DNA of 64,000 bases from an uncultured Chloroflexia bacterium (lineage in GTDB: Bacteria > Chloroflexota > Dehalococcoidia > DSTF01 > WHTK01), in the NCBI GenBank assembly GCA_963711035.1, contig CAVQCN010000003.1, positions 398,290-462,289 on the forward strand, read 5' to 3'. Below are positions 43,742 to 54,100 of the stretch, one piece after another (position 1 is the first letter of the stretch; the number at the start of each line of letters is the position of its first letter). The notes below the pieces were generated by a model that made no database searches, was not told where the DNA came from, and saw only the letters and a list, made by a program, of their open reading frames with translations. The position numbers and the translations under genes are program-made.

Positions 43742-44941
43742 TCAGATGATCCCCTGCTCGCGCATCAGCGAGAGCTCCTCGTGCGAGTAGCCCAGCCTGT
43801 CGCCGTAAATCTCGACGTTGTGCTCGCCGAGCAGCGGGGCGCGCTCCACCTTCAGTGGCGTCTTGGTCATCGAGAAGGCAGCGCCAACGTGCGGAAAGCG
43901 GCCGACGATGGGGTGGTCGCGCTCCGTGAAGAAGCCGCGCTCCACGAACTGCTCGTCGTTGAGCAGGTCGGAGGGGTCCATGACCTCCGTCCAGGGGTGG
44001 CGGAACTCCTGGGCGATGGCCACCGCGTCGCGCTTGTTCTTGTCGGCCAGCCAGGCCGTGATTAGCCGGTCGACTTCGTCCGCGTGGCCGCGCGGCGTCT
44101 CCCACAGCTCCGGGTCGCTGAGGCGCGGCGTCTCGGTGAATAGGCCGAGCAGCGTTGGATCGCTGGGAGCCCAATGGCAGTGCATGAAGCCGTCTTTGCA
44201 GGGCAGGATCGTGGACGGATAGAGGGCCGCCGGTGACTGCGAGAGGAGGCGCGCGCCGACGCGCTCGAAGACGATGCCGGCGTTGAGGGCGGGTGGCATG
44301 CCGGCGTGCGTGAAGCAGGTCGCCTCCGTGATCGACACGTCGAGGTGGTCGCCGTCGCCGTGCGAGTCGGCGTAGAGCAGAGCCGCCATCGTCGCGGCAC
44401 CGGCGTGCAGGCCGCCCTGGTACTGCGCCTGGTGGCCTCCCGCCTTCAGCGGCTCGCGGTCCGGCAGTCCCGTGAGGTTGGCGTAGCCGGCGACGGAGTA
44501 GTCGACCAGCTCGTTGCCCTTGTAGTCCGCGTACGGACCTTCTGTGCCGAAGTGCGTGACCGACGTGACGATGAGGTCTGGGCGGTCGTGCTCCAGCCCG
44601 TCATAGGTGAGGCCGGCCGCGGCGAGTTGCTTCGCGCCGCCGCTCTCGACCAGCACCTGGCTGCGAGCGATGAGGTCGCGCAGGATTGCCTGGCCGGAGG
44701 GCGTCGTGATGTCGAGCGTGACGCTCTTCTTCGCCATCGAGAGGTGCAGGTGCAGGATCGACGTCTCCACGTTGGGCACGTCGTCCTTGAAGGGCGCCAG
44801 TCCGCGGATCGCGTCGCCCGAGCCCGGCCGCTCGACCTTGATCACCTCGGCGCCGAGCGCGGCGAGCAGCTTGGTGCAGTAGCCCCCGGCAATGCCCTCG
44901 CTGAGGTCGGTGACGACGATGCCGTCCAGGACGCCGGCCAT
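43742..44941 (-). CDS. CoA transferase family III (CaiB/BaiF) protein
   Basis: 399 aa; GIVVTDLSEGIAGGYCTKLLAALGAEVIKVERPGSGD. Confidence 0.85.
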   Translation of the reverse strand: MAGVLDGIVVTDLSEGIAGGYCTKLLAALGAEVIKVERPGSGDAIRGLAPFKDDVPNVETSILHLHLSMAKKSVTLDITTPSGQAILRDLIARSQVLVESGGAKQLAAAGLTYDGLEHDRPDLIVTSVTHFGTEGPYADYKGNELVDYSVAGYANLTGLPDREPLKAGGHQAQYQGGLHAGAATMAALLYADSHGDGDHLDVSITEATCFTHAGMPPALNAGIVFERVGARLLSQSPAALYPSTILPCKDGFMHCHWAPSDPTLLGLFTETPRLSDPELWETPRGHADEVDRLITAWLADKNKRDAVAIAQEFRHPWTEVMDPSDLLNDEQFVERGFFTERDHPIVGRFPHVGAAFSMTKTPLKVERAPLLGEHNVEIYGDRLGYSHEELSLMREQGII

Positions 44942-44947
44942 GCGCGA

Positions 44948-46077
44948 CTAGAAGTCCTGCTCGAACTTGCCGGGCTGCACCGAGCCGTAAGCCAGGTCGC
45001 GAGCCATGATCAGCCGCTGGATCTCGGACGGACCTTCGCCGATGCGGCGGATGCGCAGCTCGCGGTACCAGCGTTCGAAGGGCATGTCCTTGGTCATGCC
45101 GTAGCCGCCGTGGATCTGCATCGAGCGGTCGACGACCCGGCCGGCGGCCTCCGTCGCGTACACCTTGGCCATCGCGGCTTCGAAGCGGAAGGGTTCGTTG
45201 TTGTCGAACTTCTCGGCGGCGGTGAGGATCAGCCAGCGCGAGGTGCGGAGGTCGATCTCGTTGTCGACGAGCATCCACTGGATTGCCTGGCGGCTGGCGA
45301 GCGGCTCGCCGAAGGTGACCCGGTTGCGCGCGTACTCGACCGCCATGCGGTGCGCCGCGACGGCGACGCCGATGCCGGCGGCCGCATAGGTGATGCGGTT
45401 ACTGCTGAGACGGGCGTTGGCGTTGGCGAAACCTTCGCCTTCCTTGCCGATGAGGGCGGAAGCGGGCACGCGCATGTCGGTGAACGACAGTTCGGTCGTG
45501 TAGTGCGAGCGCAGCACGTGAATCAGAGCGGCGCACCTCGAACCCAGGGGTGTCGGTGCGTACCTTGAAGGCGCTGATGCTCTCACGGCCTTGCGTATCG
45601 CCGGTGCGGGCGTAGACGGTGCCCCAGTTCGCGGTGTCGGCGCGTGAGTTGAAGACCTTCGAGCCGTTGATCACGTACTCGTCGCCGTCGCGCACGGCGC
45701 GGGTGCGGATGGCTCGGCCGGGGTCGGAGCCGCCGGTAGGCTCCGTCAGGCCGATGAAGCTCTCGCCCGTATACTCACCGTCGCCGCCTTCCTCCTCCTC
45801 AGCCTCGTCGCCGCCAAGGCGGAAGAGGCCGTAGCAGGGGTGGTAGAGGCCAGCGCGGTGCTGCGCCGCCTCCTCGACCATGAACACCTTCGTCTTGACA
45901 TCGAGGCCCTCGGCGCCCGGCAGGCCGGTCGATTCGGCGATGGCGCGCAGACGCTCCTCTTGCTCCTCCGGCAGCTCATAGGCGTCGGCGTCGAGCTCCG
46001 ACTCCTCCAGCGGGACAATCTCCTCCCGCACGAAGCGCCGGATCGTGGCGCAGATCATCTTCTGCTCTTCGGTCATC
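44948..46077 (-). CDS. Acyl-CoA dehydrogenase with apparent frameshift near 45510-45560
   Basis: The N-half (MTEEQKMICATIRRFVREEI...SFIGLTEPTGGSD...YVINGSKVF) and C-half (...TTELSFTDMRVPASALIGKEGEGF...QIHGGYG...) are in adjacent frames. Confidence 0.75.
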
Positions 46078-46361
46078 CGCAGGTCCACGGCTTCATCCTC
46101 TCCTGGGCTCACGTCGGCGTCCTGGAGTGCCCAGGACGCAGGCAACTGCTCGAATCTGAGCAAAGCCCGCTCGAATCTAAATAGTGCTCTCGTCAATGTC
46201 AATGCGGCCCCGAAACAGTTGTTTGGTCGACGCGCCAAAGGCTGCTACTCTTCAATTGACACCACCGGGGACCGGCCCTAGCATTGGGGCGCTTTTCGCC
46301 GGCCCGGTTCCGACGTCATTCGCCGCCTCGAGGTCGGGGCGTTTGCTCTCGGAGGGGATTC

Positions 46362-47501
46362 ATGCCCAAGACCACCAAGCGCATCGCCTTCGTCGGCTGC
46401 GGCTATACACCGATGACCCGCAATGCCACCAAGCCGGAGACGGAGCTCGCCGTCGAGGCCTGCCTCATGGCAGCGGCCGACGCGGGCATGGACCCGGCCG
46501 ATATCGACGGCATCAACACGCAGGTGCACCACTGGCCGCCGCCCTCGACAGCCGAGATCGTCAGAGGCATCGGCATGCGCGAGGTGAACTGGCAGCGCGA
46601 AGGCGGTCTCGGCATCTTGCCGGCCGGCATCGCGGCGCAGGCGCTGGATGAGGGCAAGTGCAAGGCGATCCTCGTCTGCAAGATCATGAACACGATCGCG
46701 CCGGTGACGACGCCGCAGATCGATCCGGAGACGGGCCGCATCGGCGGCTGGCAGCAGTTCGAGGTGCCTTACGGCCTCGGCTACTCAATGCAGCGCATCG
46801 GCCTGCGCGCCCGCGCTTACATGCACCGCTACGGCGTGACCGAGGAGCAGGTAGGCTGGGTCTGTATCACGGAGCGCCAGCACGCGCTGATGAACCCCTG
46901 GGCGGTGATGAAGAAGCCGCTGACGATGGAGGACTACCTGAGCTCCCGCTGGATCGCGGAGCCGGTGCGCCTACTGGACTGCGACATGCCGGTCAACGGC
47001 GCCTTTGCTTTCCTGATGACCACGGAGGACATCGCGAAGGATCTGAAATGGCCGCCCGTCTATTTGCAGGCCTGGGCGCCGCAGGTCACCGACTACCCGG
47101 ACCACCTGCAGCCCGAGATCCTGCAAGGCATGTCGCCGTTCGCCGAGACGCTGTACCGCGACGCCGGCCTGGGCCCGGCCGACATGGACGTCTGGTTCAT
47201 GTACGACGGCTTCAGCTTCTTCGTGCTGCACTGGATGGAGAACCTGGGTCTCGTGCCGCGCGGCGAAGCCGGCCGCTACGTCGACGGCGGCACACGCATC
47301 CGCTTCGACGGCGAGCACCCGCTCAACCCGCACGGCGGCCAGCTGTCCGAAGGGCGGCTACACGGCCACGGCCACGTCCTGGAGGCGGTGCAGCAGCTGC
47401 GTGGCAACGCCGGACCGCGCCAGGCGAAGAAGGCGAACACCGCGATCATCTCGTCCGTCTTCCCGGACACGGGCGCGGCGGGCATCCTGGTTCGAGACTG
47501 A
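46362..47501 (+). CDS. Thiolase-like SCP-x type (lipid-transfer protein / nonspecific thiolase)
   Basis: ~380 aa; KRIAFVGCGYTP N-terminal Cys region. RBS GGAGGGG. Confidence 0.8.
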   Translation: MPKTTKRIAFVGCGYTPMTRNATKPETELAVEACLMAAADAGMDPADIDGINTQVHHWPPPSTAEIVRGIGMREVNWQREGGLGILPAGIAAQALDEGKCKAILVCKIMNTIAPVTTPQIDPETGRIGGWQQFEVPYGLGYSMQRIGLRARAYMHRYGVTEEQVGWVCITERQHALMNPWAVMKKPLTMEDYLSSRWIAEPVRLLDCDMPVNGAFAFLMTTEDIAKDLKWPPVYLQAWAPQVTDYPDHLQPEILQGMSPFAETLYRDAGLGPADMDVWFMYDGFSFFVLHWMENLGLVPRGEAGRYVDGGTRIRFDGEHPLNPHGGQLSEGRLHGHGHVLEAVQQLRGNAGPRQAKKANTAIISSVFPDTGAAGILVRD

Positions 47502-47512
47502 GGAGTACGGCG

Positions 47513-47983
47513 ATGACGAATCAGCAACCCAACGTCCAGACCAAAGAGGGCCAGCAGCAGCTACGCGAGATGGGCATCCGTGTCGTCCCGCAGCCGGACC
47601 AGCTCACCGCGCCGTACTGGGACGCGGCCCGCCGTCACGAGCTGCGTATCCAGCACTGCCGCTCCTGCGGCACATACCAGCATCCGCCGGAGCCGACCTG
47701 CCGAGGCTGTCAGGGCGGCGAGTTTGAGTGGGTGCAGCTCAGCGGCCGTGGCACCGTCTACGCCTTCATCATCGACCACCGGCTGATGGTGCCGGGGTTC
47801 GATGAGCCGTACGTCGTTGCGCAGATTACGCCGGTTGAGACGGACGACAACATGGTGCGCATCACGGCTAACATCAAGGGCTGCGACATCCACGACGTCA
47901 CCGTCGGCATGCCGGTGGAGGTCTTCTTCGAAGACGTGACCAACGAGGTCTCGCTGCCGCAGTTCAGGCCGGTTACCGGATGA
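47513..47983 (+). CDS. Zn-ribbon OB-fold protein (DUF35), thiolase partner
   Basis: 156 aa; CRSCG...C..C zinc ribbon plus OB fold. RBS GAGGAG. Confidence 0.75.
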   Translation: MTNQQPNVQTKEGQQQLREMGIRVVPQPDQLTAPYWDAARRHELRIQHCRSCGTYQHPPEPTCRGCQGGEFEWVQLSGRGTVYAFIIDHRLMVPGFDEPYVVAQITPVETDDNMVRITANIKGCDIHDVTVGMPVEVFFEDVTNEVSLPQFRPVTG

Positions 47984-48384
47984 CGCTCGACGCCGCGGGC
48001 CGTCCGCCGCACATCCTGCTGGCCGAGGACATCCCGGCCTACCTCGACCGCATTGTCGGCCTCTTCGATCACCTCGATCTCGTGATGAACCGCGCCATCG
48101 ACGGCCAGGAGGCCATCGAATACATCGAGGACCTGCAGCGGCCGCTCGACCTGCTGATCACCGACCTCGACATGCCGCGCCGCAACGGCTGGCACGTCAT
48201 CGAGTCGCTGCGCCGGCATCGTGGCGAAGCGGTACCGGTCATCATCCAGTCAGGCGATGCGAAGTACCCCGAGGTGCAGGCGCAGGCCGCCGCTCTCGGC
48301 ATCCTCCTCATCGACAAGATTCATGTCGACATCCGCCTCGTCGCCGCTGTCGAGCAGGCGCTCACGCTCGACGCCGCGCGTTAG
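47980..48384 (+). CDS. Stand-alone response regulator receiver (CheY-like) domain protein
   Basis: 134 aa; ...ILLAEDIPA...DLLITDLDMPRRNGW...VIIQSGD. Confidence 0.7.
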   Translation: MTLDAAGRPPHILLAEDIPAYLDRIVGLFDHLDLVMNRAIDGQEAIEYIEDLQRPLDLLITDLDMPRRNGWHVIESLRRHRGEAVPVIIQSGDAKYPEVQAQAAALGILLIDKIHVDIRLVAAVEQALTLDAAR

Positions 48385-48510
48385 GCGCAGCGCTTCTCGA
48401 CCGGCCGAACCGTCTGCTTCACGCTCTTGCGAGTCTGCGTCTCAATCAGCGAGGATGCGCAAGGCCCGTGGACCCGATCCTGACCGCGGCGCTATCCAGG
48501 AGAGGTATAG

Positions 48511-49263
48511 ATGGAAGTTCCGAACCACCACGAAGGACATGATCACGCCAGTCACGGCCATGTCGAGTCGCCAGGGCCCGACCGAGACTGGCAAAGCCAG
48601 GAAGTCGTGGCCGAGTGGTTGCAGCGCGAGGCAGCGCGTGCTCCGGTGAGGCACCGCCAATTCGTCGTGATGCGCGCCCTGATCCCCAAGGCGCCGGACC
48701 AGGAGTTTGCTTACGTCAACATTGGAGCCGGCTCAGGCAACCTTGATGAGGTTCTCCTGACACACTTCAAGCAGGCACGCGCGACGCTGGTGGATGGTTC
48801 CCAGGCAATGCTCGATTCCGCGCGTGAGCGACTCAAACCATTCTCCGATCGCGTGGAGTTCGTGGTTTCGGACTTGTCTCGCCCCGATTGGTTGACTGCG
48901 GTCACCGGCCCATTCGAAGTGGTCGTGTCCAGCTTCGCTGCTCACCATGCCGGCGCCGCCGAACGAGTCCGGGAGCTTTACGCCGAGGTACATGGCCTTC
49001 TCGAGTCAGGCGGCGTCTTTGTGAATCTGGAGTACGTTCGCTCGTCCCGGCCGGACCTGGTTGCTCTTTCTGAATGGGCGGCGAACGATCCGGATGCACA
49101 ACTCAGCGCTGCGACGCCACGACACTCCTTACCGGGCACAATGATCGAGCAGATTGGCTGGCTCTCCGAAGCGGGTTTTGCGACTGCAGACGCGATGTGG
49201 AAGAACCTGAGCGTGGTTTGCTTCTGTGCGCTCAAGGATCAACTGCATCTACCCGAAGCGTAG
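48511..49263 (+). CDS. Class I SAM-dependent methyltransferase
   Basis: 250 aa; VNIGAGSGN SAM-binding motif. Confidence 0.7.
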   Translation: MEVPNHHEGHDHASHGHVESPGPDRDWQSQEVVAEWLQREAARAPVRHRQFVVMRALIPKAPDQEFAYVNIGAGSGNLDEVLLTHFKQARATLVDGSQAMLDSARERLKPFSDRVEFVVSDLSRPDWLTAVTGPFEVVVSSFAAHHAGAAERVRELYAEVHGLLESGGVFVNLEYVRSSRPDLVALSEWAANDPDAQLSAATPRHSLPGTMIEQIGWLSEAGFATADAMWKNLSVVCFCALKDQLHLPEA

Positions 49264-49433
49264 AGTTCTCCCAACCTCGAATCGTCGCCGCCGTGGAGAA
49301 GCCGCTAGCGATGGGCGGCGCCGGCCGGAGGAGCAGTGCTTCTCGAAAGACGAACTAAGTCAGCCCCGGGCTGTAGGCGTCTGCGATTCAGGATCCTGGC
49401 TGCTGATACAATGACGGCGCGTTCGTGCCGCGA

Positions 49434-49509
49434 GCGGGGGTAGCTCAGTTGGTAGAGCTCCTGCCTTCCAAGCAGGTTGTCGCGGGTTCGAGTCCCGTCC
49501 CCCGCTCCA
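49434..49509 (+). tRNA. tRNA-Gly (anticodon UCC)
   Basis: 76 nt cloverleaf: acceptor GCGGGGG/CCCCCGC, D arm GCTCagttggtaGAGC, anticodon stem CCTGC/GCAGG with loop cuUCCaa, T arm GCGGGttcgagtCCCGT, discriminator U, encoded CCA. Confidence 0.9.
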
Positions 49510-49574
49510 AACATCAAGCAGGCTATCGTTCTTAGATTCAAAGCGTGTCTTGATTGACATTGTGGTTCGCCCAA

Positions 49575-49600
49575 CAACCCGACAGCCTGCTTTTCAAGCG
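49575..49600. repeat. Inverted degenerate copy of the tRNA-Gly 3'-half fragment (AACCCGACAGCCTGCTTTTCAAGCG)
   Basis: Resembles the reverse complement of the CCTTCCAAGCAGGCTGTCGCGGGTT variant found at 54570-54615. A shorter copy (AACCCGACAGCCT) lies at 54476-54488. Confidence 0.5.
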
Positions 49601-49687
49601 CCAGCCTTCCTTCCCAGAGAAGACCTTCGGCTCGTCTGGACGCTCTCTCGAGTGACAGCCTGACTTTCAGGAAGCAGCCCACAGATT

Positions 49688-49706
49688 AGAACACTAGTGC
49701 TATAAT
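49688..49706 (+). promoter_or_regulatory. Candidate LexA/SOS-box-like operator (GAAC-N4-GTGC) abutting a TATAAT -10 hexamer upstream of imuB
   Basis: Sequence AGAACACTAGTGC-TATAAT, 44 nt upstream of the imuB GTG start. One mismatch to the GAAC-N4-GTTC Cheo-type box. Confidence 0.4.
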
Positions 49707-49749
49707 CACCTCGATGCTCCGACCCCGCCCGGAGTGATGGGGCAGCTTT

Positions 49750-50934
49750 GTGCGGATCGCCTTCGTTTCGATTCCTCGATTCCCTTGCGCCGTAGAGGTG
49801 CAGCGTCAGCCTCGGCTGGCTCATGGCCCGCTGATCGTGGGCGACGCGGAGCAACCGAAGCGTGTCTTTGATTGCTCTGAGAGCGCTCGTGAGCAAGGTG
49901 TGCGCTATGGCATGACGATTCGGCAGGCGTTGAGTCGCTGTCAGGAAGCTGAGATCGTGCCCCCGGACCCCGTGCTGTACCGCACTACTTGGGAGTCAGT
50001 GCTCGCCGCATTGGGTGAGGTCAGCCCGGAGGTGGAGGACGAGGAATTAGGCCGCGCTTACGTTAATGTCGAGGGTCTCGGCAGTCACTACCGCGACGAC
50101 GCAGCCCTTGCATCGCATCTCGTCCAGACCGTCCATGATGCTTCGGATCTCGATGCTCGCGTTGGGTTGGCAGAGGGGAAGCTTCCCGCCTTCGCCGTCG
50201 CTACGACGTGTGGACCGCAGGAGAGCCGCATCGTCCCCGCAGGCAGCGAGCGGGAGTTTCTTGCGCCTCTTACGATCCAGATGCTCCCGCTGGAGGCAGA
50301 GGTGGTTTCCCGGCTGCAGCTGCTCGGCCTCGATTGCATCGGCGATGTGGCCGAGCTGACTGTCCCCGAGCTCATGGGCCAGTTCGGCTTCGAGGGTAAG
50401 CGCATCTGGCAGCTTGCGAACGGCATCGATGACGAACCGCTGAGGCCGCGAAAGCTGCCGGAGACACTGCAAGCGACGGCGATGCTCGAATCCGCTGTCG
50501 CCGGCATCGATGTCATGATCGCGATCACCGGTCAGTTGCTCTCGCGTATGCGGCTCTCGCTGGCTGGCCGTGCCGTACGGGACCTCACGGTGCAAGCCGA
50601 GCTCGAATCGGGCCGGAGCTGGCAGCATCGCCTCGTCTTCCGGGAGGCGGTGAGCGAGGACGAGCGCCTGTCCTTCCTGCTGCGCGCCGCCCTCGCGAAC
50701 AACCCACCACCCCAGGCGGTCCGTAGTCTTTCCCTGCGTTTGAGCGGTCTGACGGGAGAGACGGGCAAGCAACTCACCTTGGGGCAGAAGCAACGTCAGC
50801 AGCGACAGCTAGAGGAGGCGATTCGACAACTCAAGACCCGGTACGGGTACTCGCCCGTGTATCGCTGTGTGGAGGTAGAACCATGGTCAGTCATACCGGA
50901 AGATCGTCAGATCCTCGTCGAGTCCGACGCCTGA
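49750..50934 (+). CDS. imuB: ImuB (catalytically inactive Y-family polymerase-like protein of the mutasome cassette)
   Basis: 394 aa with Y-family fold; the catalytic acidic residues are replaced (AFVSIPRF instead of VDMDCFF). HhH region LGLDCIGDVAEL. Immediately upstream of dnaE2. Confidence 0.8.
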   Translation: MRIAFVSIPRFPCAVEVQRQPRLAHGPLIVGDAEQPKRVFDCSESAREQGVRYGMTIRQALSRCQEAEIVPPDPVLYRTTWESVLAALGEVSPEVEDEELGRAYVNVEGLGSHYRDDAALASHLVQTVHDASDLDARVGLAEGKLPAFAVATTCGPQESRIVPAGSEREFLAPLTIQMLPLEAEVVSRLQLLGLDCIGDVAELTVPELMGQFGFEGKRIWQLANGIDDEPLRPRKLPETLQATAMLESAVAGIDVMIAITGQLLSRMRLSLAGRAVRDLTVQAELESGRSWQHRLVFREAVSEDERLSFLLRAALANNPPPQAVRSLSLRLSGLTGETGKQLTLGQKQRQQRQLEEAIRQLKTRYGYSPVYRCVEVEPWSVIPEDRQILVESDA

Positions 50935-51170
50935 AGTCGACTCGGGCGGTCGAGGTCAAGGACGGAGACGACGGTGTGCCGGTGAGCATGCGAGTACACG
51001 GCGTCTGGCAGAACGTCAGCTTGGTGCGCCGTCCCTGGCGCATCGACCAGCACTGGTGGCGCAGCGAGCCGATCAGCCGTCTCTACTACCGTGTCGCGCC
51101 AGATGACGGGCCGGCACTGACCATCTACTACGACTTCAGAACGAAGACTTGGGCGCGGCAGGAGTATTGA
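50883..51170 (+). CDS. Small ORF (95 aa) overlapping the imuB 3' end by 52 nt and ending TGA overlapping the dnaE2 ATG; probably the ImuB C-terminal (DUF4113-like) domain displaced by a frameshift
   Basis: ...RPWRIDQHWWRSEPISRLYYRVAPDDGPALTIYYDFRTKTWARQEY. ImuB is usually ~470-520 aa, and 394+~80 restores that length. Confidence 0.45.
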   Translation: MVSHTGRSSDPRRVRRLKSTRAVEVKDGDDGVPVSMRVHGVWQNVSLVRRPWRIDQHWWRSEPISRLYYRVAPDDGPALTIYYDFRTKTWARQEY

Positions 51171-54100
51171 TGCGTCCCTATCGCGGCCCTGTCTCTGCAG
51201 GCATCATGCGTGGCTGGCCCACGGGCGAGAAGCGTCACCCTACACCCACCGCCGTCGCACGACGTATGCCAGCCGGTCGCTACGTGGAATTGCACTGCCA
51301 TAGTGCCTTTTCCTTGCACCAAGGTACGTCGCGGCCGGAGAACCTGGCCGAAATGGCAGCCGCGCTAGGATACCGTGCGCTCGCCATCACCGACCACGAT
51401 AGCCTCGCCGGCGCCATGCTGTTCGCCCAGACCGCGAAAGAACTGGGGCTGCAGGCGATCATCGGCGCCGAGATTACCCTTGAAAATGAAACCCACCTCA
51501 CCTTGCTCTGCGAATCGCCGCGCGGTTACGCAAACCTCTCACGATTGCTCAGCCGTGCTCACCTCGAAGCCTTGAATCGGGATGAGCCCAGGGTCCCGTT
51601 CGAGTGGCTGTCCGACTATGCCGAGGGACTCATCGCCCTTTCGGGCTGTCGCAAAGGCGAAGTTGCGTCGCTGGCTGAACACGGAGAGCTCATCGCGGCA
51701 CGAGAAGCAGCGACGCGCTATCGCGACGTCTTTGGCCCAGCCAACTTCTTCATCGAACTCCAAGACAATCTGGTCTACGAGGATCAGACCCGCAACGAAC
51801 ACCTCGTCGCCCTGGCACGAGACCTCGGCCTCGGCATCGTGGCGACCAACAACGTTCATTACGCCGTGCGGGAGCAGCACCGCCTGCACGATGTGCTGAC
51901 CGCCGTTCAGCACCACACAAATCTGGAGGAAGCAAGGCCGCACCTTCATGCTAACTCCGAGTTCTACCTCAAGACACCCGCGGAGATGGAGCGCCTGTTT
52001 GCCGAACTACCGGAGGCAATCGAGAACACAGCCCTTATCGCCGAGCGCTGCTCCCGCTTCGATTTGACGCGCGATCTGAGCTACGAATTCCCAGACTTCG
52101 ACTCCGGAGACGGTCGCAGCGCCGACGAGTTTCTGCGTGACGAGTGCTACCGGCTGGCGAAGGAACGCTATGGGACCGTGCTGGGTTCCCTGCCAGGAAA
52201 CGTACAGGAAAGGCTCGACAAAGAGCTCCGGTTAATCCGGTCCAGCCGCCGCGCCGGATTCTTCTTGCGACTGTGGGACATCCTGCGCTACGCCCACGAC
52301 AATGACCTGCCTGTGCGCGGGCGCGGCTCCTCTGTGGGCTCTCTGGTCTGCTACCTGCTCGGCCTGTCCGGCATCGATCCGATTACCTATGAGCTGGCGG
52401 TCGAGCGCTTCCTCAGCGAGGACCGGCCCCAGAGCGACGTGCCGGACGTCGACCTCGATTTCGGGCGTGACGCGCGCGACCGAATGTTCAAGTACGTCTT
52501 CGAGACCTATACGACCGATCGTGCCGCCATGGTCTGCACGTTCATTGAGTATCGCTGGGCCAGCGCTATCCGTGACGTAGGCAAGGCGCTGGGGCTGCCG
52601 GAGAGCCAGGTCGACCACATCGCCAAGCGCATGCACAGCCGGTTCGCCCAGGGGCTGCGATATGAGATGTCGCAGATGCCTGAGTTTGCCGGGCGTATGC
52701 GCTTCCGCATCTGGGAGGAGTTCATCGATCTGGTGGAGCAGATCATCGGCCTACCGCGCCACCTCAGTCAGCACTCCGGTGGGATCATCGTCGCAGCGAA
52801 TCGCATGGACGAACAGGTGCCGCTGCAGCGGACGGCCATGGAGGGGCGCTACATCTGCCAGTGGGACAAAGACTCGATTGCGGATGCAGGCTTCATCAAG
52901 CTCGACTTCCTCGGCTATCCCAGCCTCGATCAGCTCAATCGAGGTCTGCGTTACGTGCGTGAGCGTTATGGCAGGATGGTCGATCCGATGAAGGACATCG
53001 ATCTCGCAGACCAGGAGGTCTACGCGATGATCCAGCGCGGCGACGTCCTCGGCATCGTCCAGATCCAGAGCCGGGCTCAGATCCAGGTGCTATTGCGCAT
53101 CAAGGTCGCCTGTATTCAGGACATGATCATCCAGGTCGCCCTCATCCGCCCCGGTCCGATCCAGGGCGGCGCCGTGCACCCTTACGTCTCGCGCTGCCTA
53201 GGCGAGGAGGAGGTGACGTATGACCATCCTCTGCTCGAACCGTTCCTGGAGGAGACGAAAGGTGTCTTTGTCTATCAGGAGCAGGTGATCCAGGCAGCAA
53301 TGGCGATAGCGGGCTTTACCAGCCTTCAAGCCGACCAGCTTCGGCGTGCGATGAGCCGCAAGCGCTCTCGAGAGGAGATGGAGAAGCATCGCCTGGACTT
53401 CATGGCCGGCGCCGAGCGCAATGGTGTGAACCTGGAGACGGCGAACACGATCTACACCAAGATTCTCGCCTTCGCATCGTTCGGTTTTCCGAAGTCACAC
53501 GCGGCGGCGATGGCGGTGACAGCGTTCCAGGTCGCATGGCTCAAGCGCTACTACCCGGCGGAGTTCTACTGCGCCTTACTCAACGAGCAGCCGATGGGCT
53601 TCTACACGCCTGAGGTCATTGCAAATGATGCCCGCCGCCACGACATCGAGATCCGGCCCGTCGACGTCAACCGCAGCGAGGTGGAGTGCACGATCGAGGA
53701 TAACGTTGAGCTTCCATCCAGGGGCGCTGTGCGATTGGGCTATCGCTACGTCAAGGGCGTGGGGCAGGCATCTTTGAACCGGCTTGAAGCCGAGCGGACG
53801 AATGGACCGTATCGGTCGCTCTGGGACTTCTGGCGGCGCACTCGGTTGAGCCGGGAGGCCATCGAGAACTTGATCCAGGTTGGCGCCTTCGCCTGGACCG
53901 GCCTGCATGAACGATCGTTGCTCTGGCAGCTCGGCACGTTCTATCGGCCGCTGGGTGCTCAATTGCCCCTGGCACTACTCCCAGCAGAGACCACGCCCTC
54001 TCTCGCCGAGCCGGTGCACAACGAGCGCGTTGTTACGGACTTCATGCTCGTTGGCATCGCGGTTCGCGGTCGCATGATGGACCTGGTGCGCGATGGCCTG

